This document shows, one piece after another, positions 61,697-64,000 of a DNA stretch of 64,000 nucleotides. The stretch spans positions 485,517 through 549,516 of the forward strand of contig QPMI01000056.1 in the NCBI GenBank assembly GCA_004431415.1, in the 5' to 3' direction. The notes beneath the pieces were generated by a model. The model worked only from the letters and a program-made list of their open reading frames with translations. It was not told where the DNA came from and did no database searches. Source of the stretch: Cyanophora paradoxa CCMP329 (lineage: Eukaryota; Plantae; Glaucophyta). Positions within the stretch are counted from its first letter, which is position 1. The number at the start of each line of letters is the position of its first letter. The translations under genes and the position numbers were made by a program.

Positions 61697-62717
61697 CTAG
61701 CACTGCTACAGCTGATGGTCCATGCAGCCGCTGGCTTGAAGATGGTGACACGCGAACGGGAAGAAGCTTAGAGGCCTTGGCTGCGAAGCAAGACTGAGGC
61801 TTGTACCCCAGGGGCGCACTTATAACTTGTAAGTGCGCCCCTTGTACATATGTGCGTAAGCAAGGCTGCCTTTATTTGGCAGCCATACACTGCCCTATGC
61901 TACGCTGACGCTCACATAGGTTCGAGTATGGCTGCCACGGCAGCCTTGCTTACAGCAAGCTAAGCACAACATGTCTTGTCATGAAGAATATAAGAGTGAG
62001 CGTGTCAATGTGCTTGTTGGTTCAAGTCTTGAGCTCACATGCACACACAGTGCCACAATGCACCCACAGTGCCACAACACATTTGCACAGGCATGGACTT
62101 TCTGGATGAATGCGCCAACCTGCGATATCAGCGGGAACAGTTGGCATCATGGAATCTTCGTACCCTTGTGTACTCCTCACCTGCAAAATGCACTAGGTTA
62201 ATTTCAGAGCGCCCAGTATGCGATAGCGACACACGGGAAGGCCGGAGGGGGCCAGGAGCTCGACAGCCAGCAGCACTCCTGACCTGTGCTGGAAACAGGT
62301 CAGTTGCCGGGAGTCAGCTGGGGCTCTGCCAGGTTGGAGTCATCCAGACGGCAATATATGCACTAGCATTGAAAAGAAAAGTAGACTACAATCACAGTCA
62401 CACTTCACAGTGTTAACACATGCAAATGCACACAGGACCAATGCATAAAGCCACAGCACGCCGGCGCCACCACGGCTGGTAATGACTATGCCGCACCCGG
62501 CCACAATGCCGCACCCGGCCACATGTACACCATCACATGAAATGGAAGCATAATACATGTATTGCATGTTTAGGGAAGCATACACGCACACTCTAGATCT
62601 TCTGAAGACTGCACTTGCATATGCTAGCAATACTTATGCTTGCAAGAACACACCGAAACACTAGTATCTAGCGAAATGCGAAACGAAAACTGCGCGTCCA
62701 CACAAGGGCGCGCACGT

Positions 62718-63790
62718 CTACTTGGGGGGGTCGCGCCAGCCGGGGCGCGGCTCGTTCGGGCAATCCTTCACGACATGCCCGGGCTTGTTGCAGCGGAAAC
62801 ACATCCCGCTGTTGCGCTGCGACGGCGGGCGATCGCGGCCCTGGTGCTGGGGCCGCGGGTTGGCGTGCTGCACATACGGGCGCCCGCCGGCGGCCTCCGG
62901 CCAGCAATGTTGAGCGCGTGCGCCAGCGCCGCAGCCGTGCCCCGATACTCCTCTGGCACACCTGCCAGCCGCTCGGCAAGCTTGTCGCCGCCCTTGTCGC
63001 GAATGTCGATCCGCTTCCGGAGCTCGTCGAGGATTTTGAGGCTCTGCTTTACGTGATCGTAGCACGCAGTGCACGAAGAGCATCTCTTGAGCTGAAACTT
63101 AAGCTGCGATAGCTGCAGGGCAAGCTCACGAAGCCACGGGTTTTTGAGCTGCATAGCCTCATGGTTGTCTTTCTGCTGCTCGCCGAGCTGCTGCTGCTGC
63201 TGCTCTTGAAGCTTGATGACCGCGCTATCTATCCCACGCTGAAGTAGCTCAGCCCACGCTGGCGGAAGCGCACCCGCTGCCGGTTTGGTCGACGTTGGGC
63301 AGTCGAGTTGCCAGCGGTACAGCATAAGGGCCTTGAAGGTGACGGGTGAAGCCGGTTGACGGGCCAGCCGCGCCCGGATCCACTTGCGCCAAGTTCGGAA
63401 AGTTGCGCGCAGCCACTTGCTCTTCCTCGTCGTAGGCGCCACCGAACTGCTCACGCTGTGCCAGTCTAACGGCAACGTCGTCCTCAGGTTCATCTTCTGG
63501 GTCGGACTGCTGCTGGTCCGGATCCGGCGACACGGCTTTCTCCTTGCCTTTGCGAGATCGCGTCGGCGGAGGTGCAGGCTGCTCCTCCTCCGCACTGTCG
63601 TTGGCCGGAGCTTGAAGACGAGATGACGACCTCCGGGCCTGGGGCGCGGGGGTCGTCGCCGTCTTGGGTTTGGCCGACTTGCGCGCACCAGTGGCCGTTG
63701 ACTTGCGTTTCTGCGCCGCCTCGGCACAGGCGACGAGCAGAATGATGGTCAAGACGACTACGAACAGAGGGCCCACGATGGGCTCCTCCG
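62718..63790 (-). pseudogene. gag-like ORF with CCHC zinc knuckle, split over three frames
   Basis: CFRCNKPGHVVKDC near the C-terminus; coiled-coil middle; frame changes near 63300 and 62870. Confidence 0.7.
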
Positions 63791-64000
63791 CGAGCGAGCC
63801 ATGACCTCAGCTTAGAGGCCTTGGCTGCGAAGCAAGACTGAGGCTTGTACCCCAGGGGCGCACTTATAACTTGTAAGTGCGCCCTTGTACATATGTGCGT
63901 AAGCAAGCTGCCTTTATTTGGCAGCCATACACTGCCTATGCTACGCTGACGCTCACATAGGTTCGATGATCATGCATATGATCATGATCATGATCAGGGC

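Larger units (their letters stand above)
59915..63966 (-). mobile_element. DIRS/Ngaro/PAT-class retrotransposon with split direct repeats (minus strand: A-gag-B.A-RT/RH-B); no tyrosine recombinase seen
   Basis: Repeat A at 61765-61925 and 63809-63966; repeat B at 59915-59976 and 61925-61986; DIRS-type RT/RH and CCHC gag; no TSD. Confidence 0.88.

Noticed and set aside
61765-61986. Ordinary LTRs or a hammerhead ribozyme in the A/B repeats
   Set aside because: No TG..CA ends, PBS or integrase, and no CUGANGA/GAAA core on either strand.

Overview
Very GC-rich, intron-rich eukaryotic nuclear DNA from a plastid-bearing alga. Two genes start with MAFV-type transit peptides, as in glaucophytes and red algae, so a Cyanophora-like glaucophyte is my inference and is not proven. 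Three kinds of sequence alternate. (1) Compact clusters of spliced genes with short C/G-rich introns, largely in alternating head-to-head and tail-to-tail order: DUF2358/SOUL, lumen FKBP, Kelch, class I HDAC, RING/B-box, NudC-type Nudix, ARM(+WD40), STE24, J-domain, two unknowns, a Cache-PDE and a bacterial-type HEGYPGHH protein. (2) AT-richer domains built from chains of overlapping 4-8 bp palindromes. They hold a multi-exon gene that joins in frame into an F-box-like/Zn-finger + SUV3 helicase fusion and border a PPR gene. (3) Repeats and mobile DNA: satellite arrays at 1-5.5 kb; a poly(A)-tailed VNTR retroposon with a 17-bp TSD that duplicates a PPR splice acceptor; a 1.7-kb insert with a 15-bp direct repeat; and a DIRS/Ngaro-type retroelement arranged as A-gag-B.A-RT/RH-B with no tyrosine recombinase. 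Splice donors are mostly GT/GC-(G/C)CGC, with many GC-AG introns. Gene models were spliced by eye and no searches were run.
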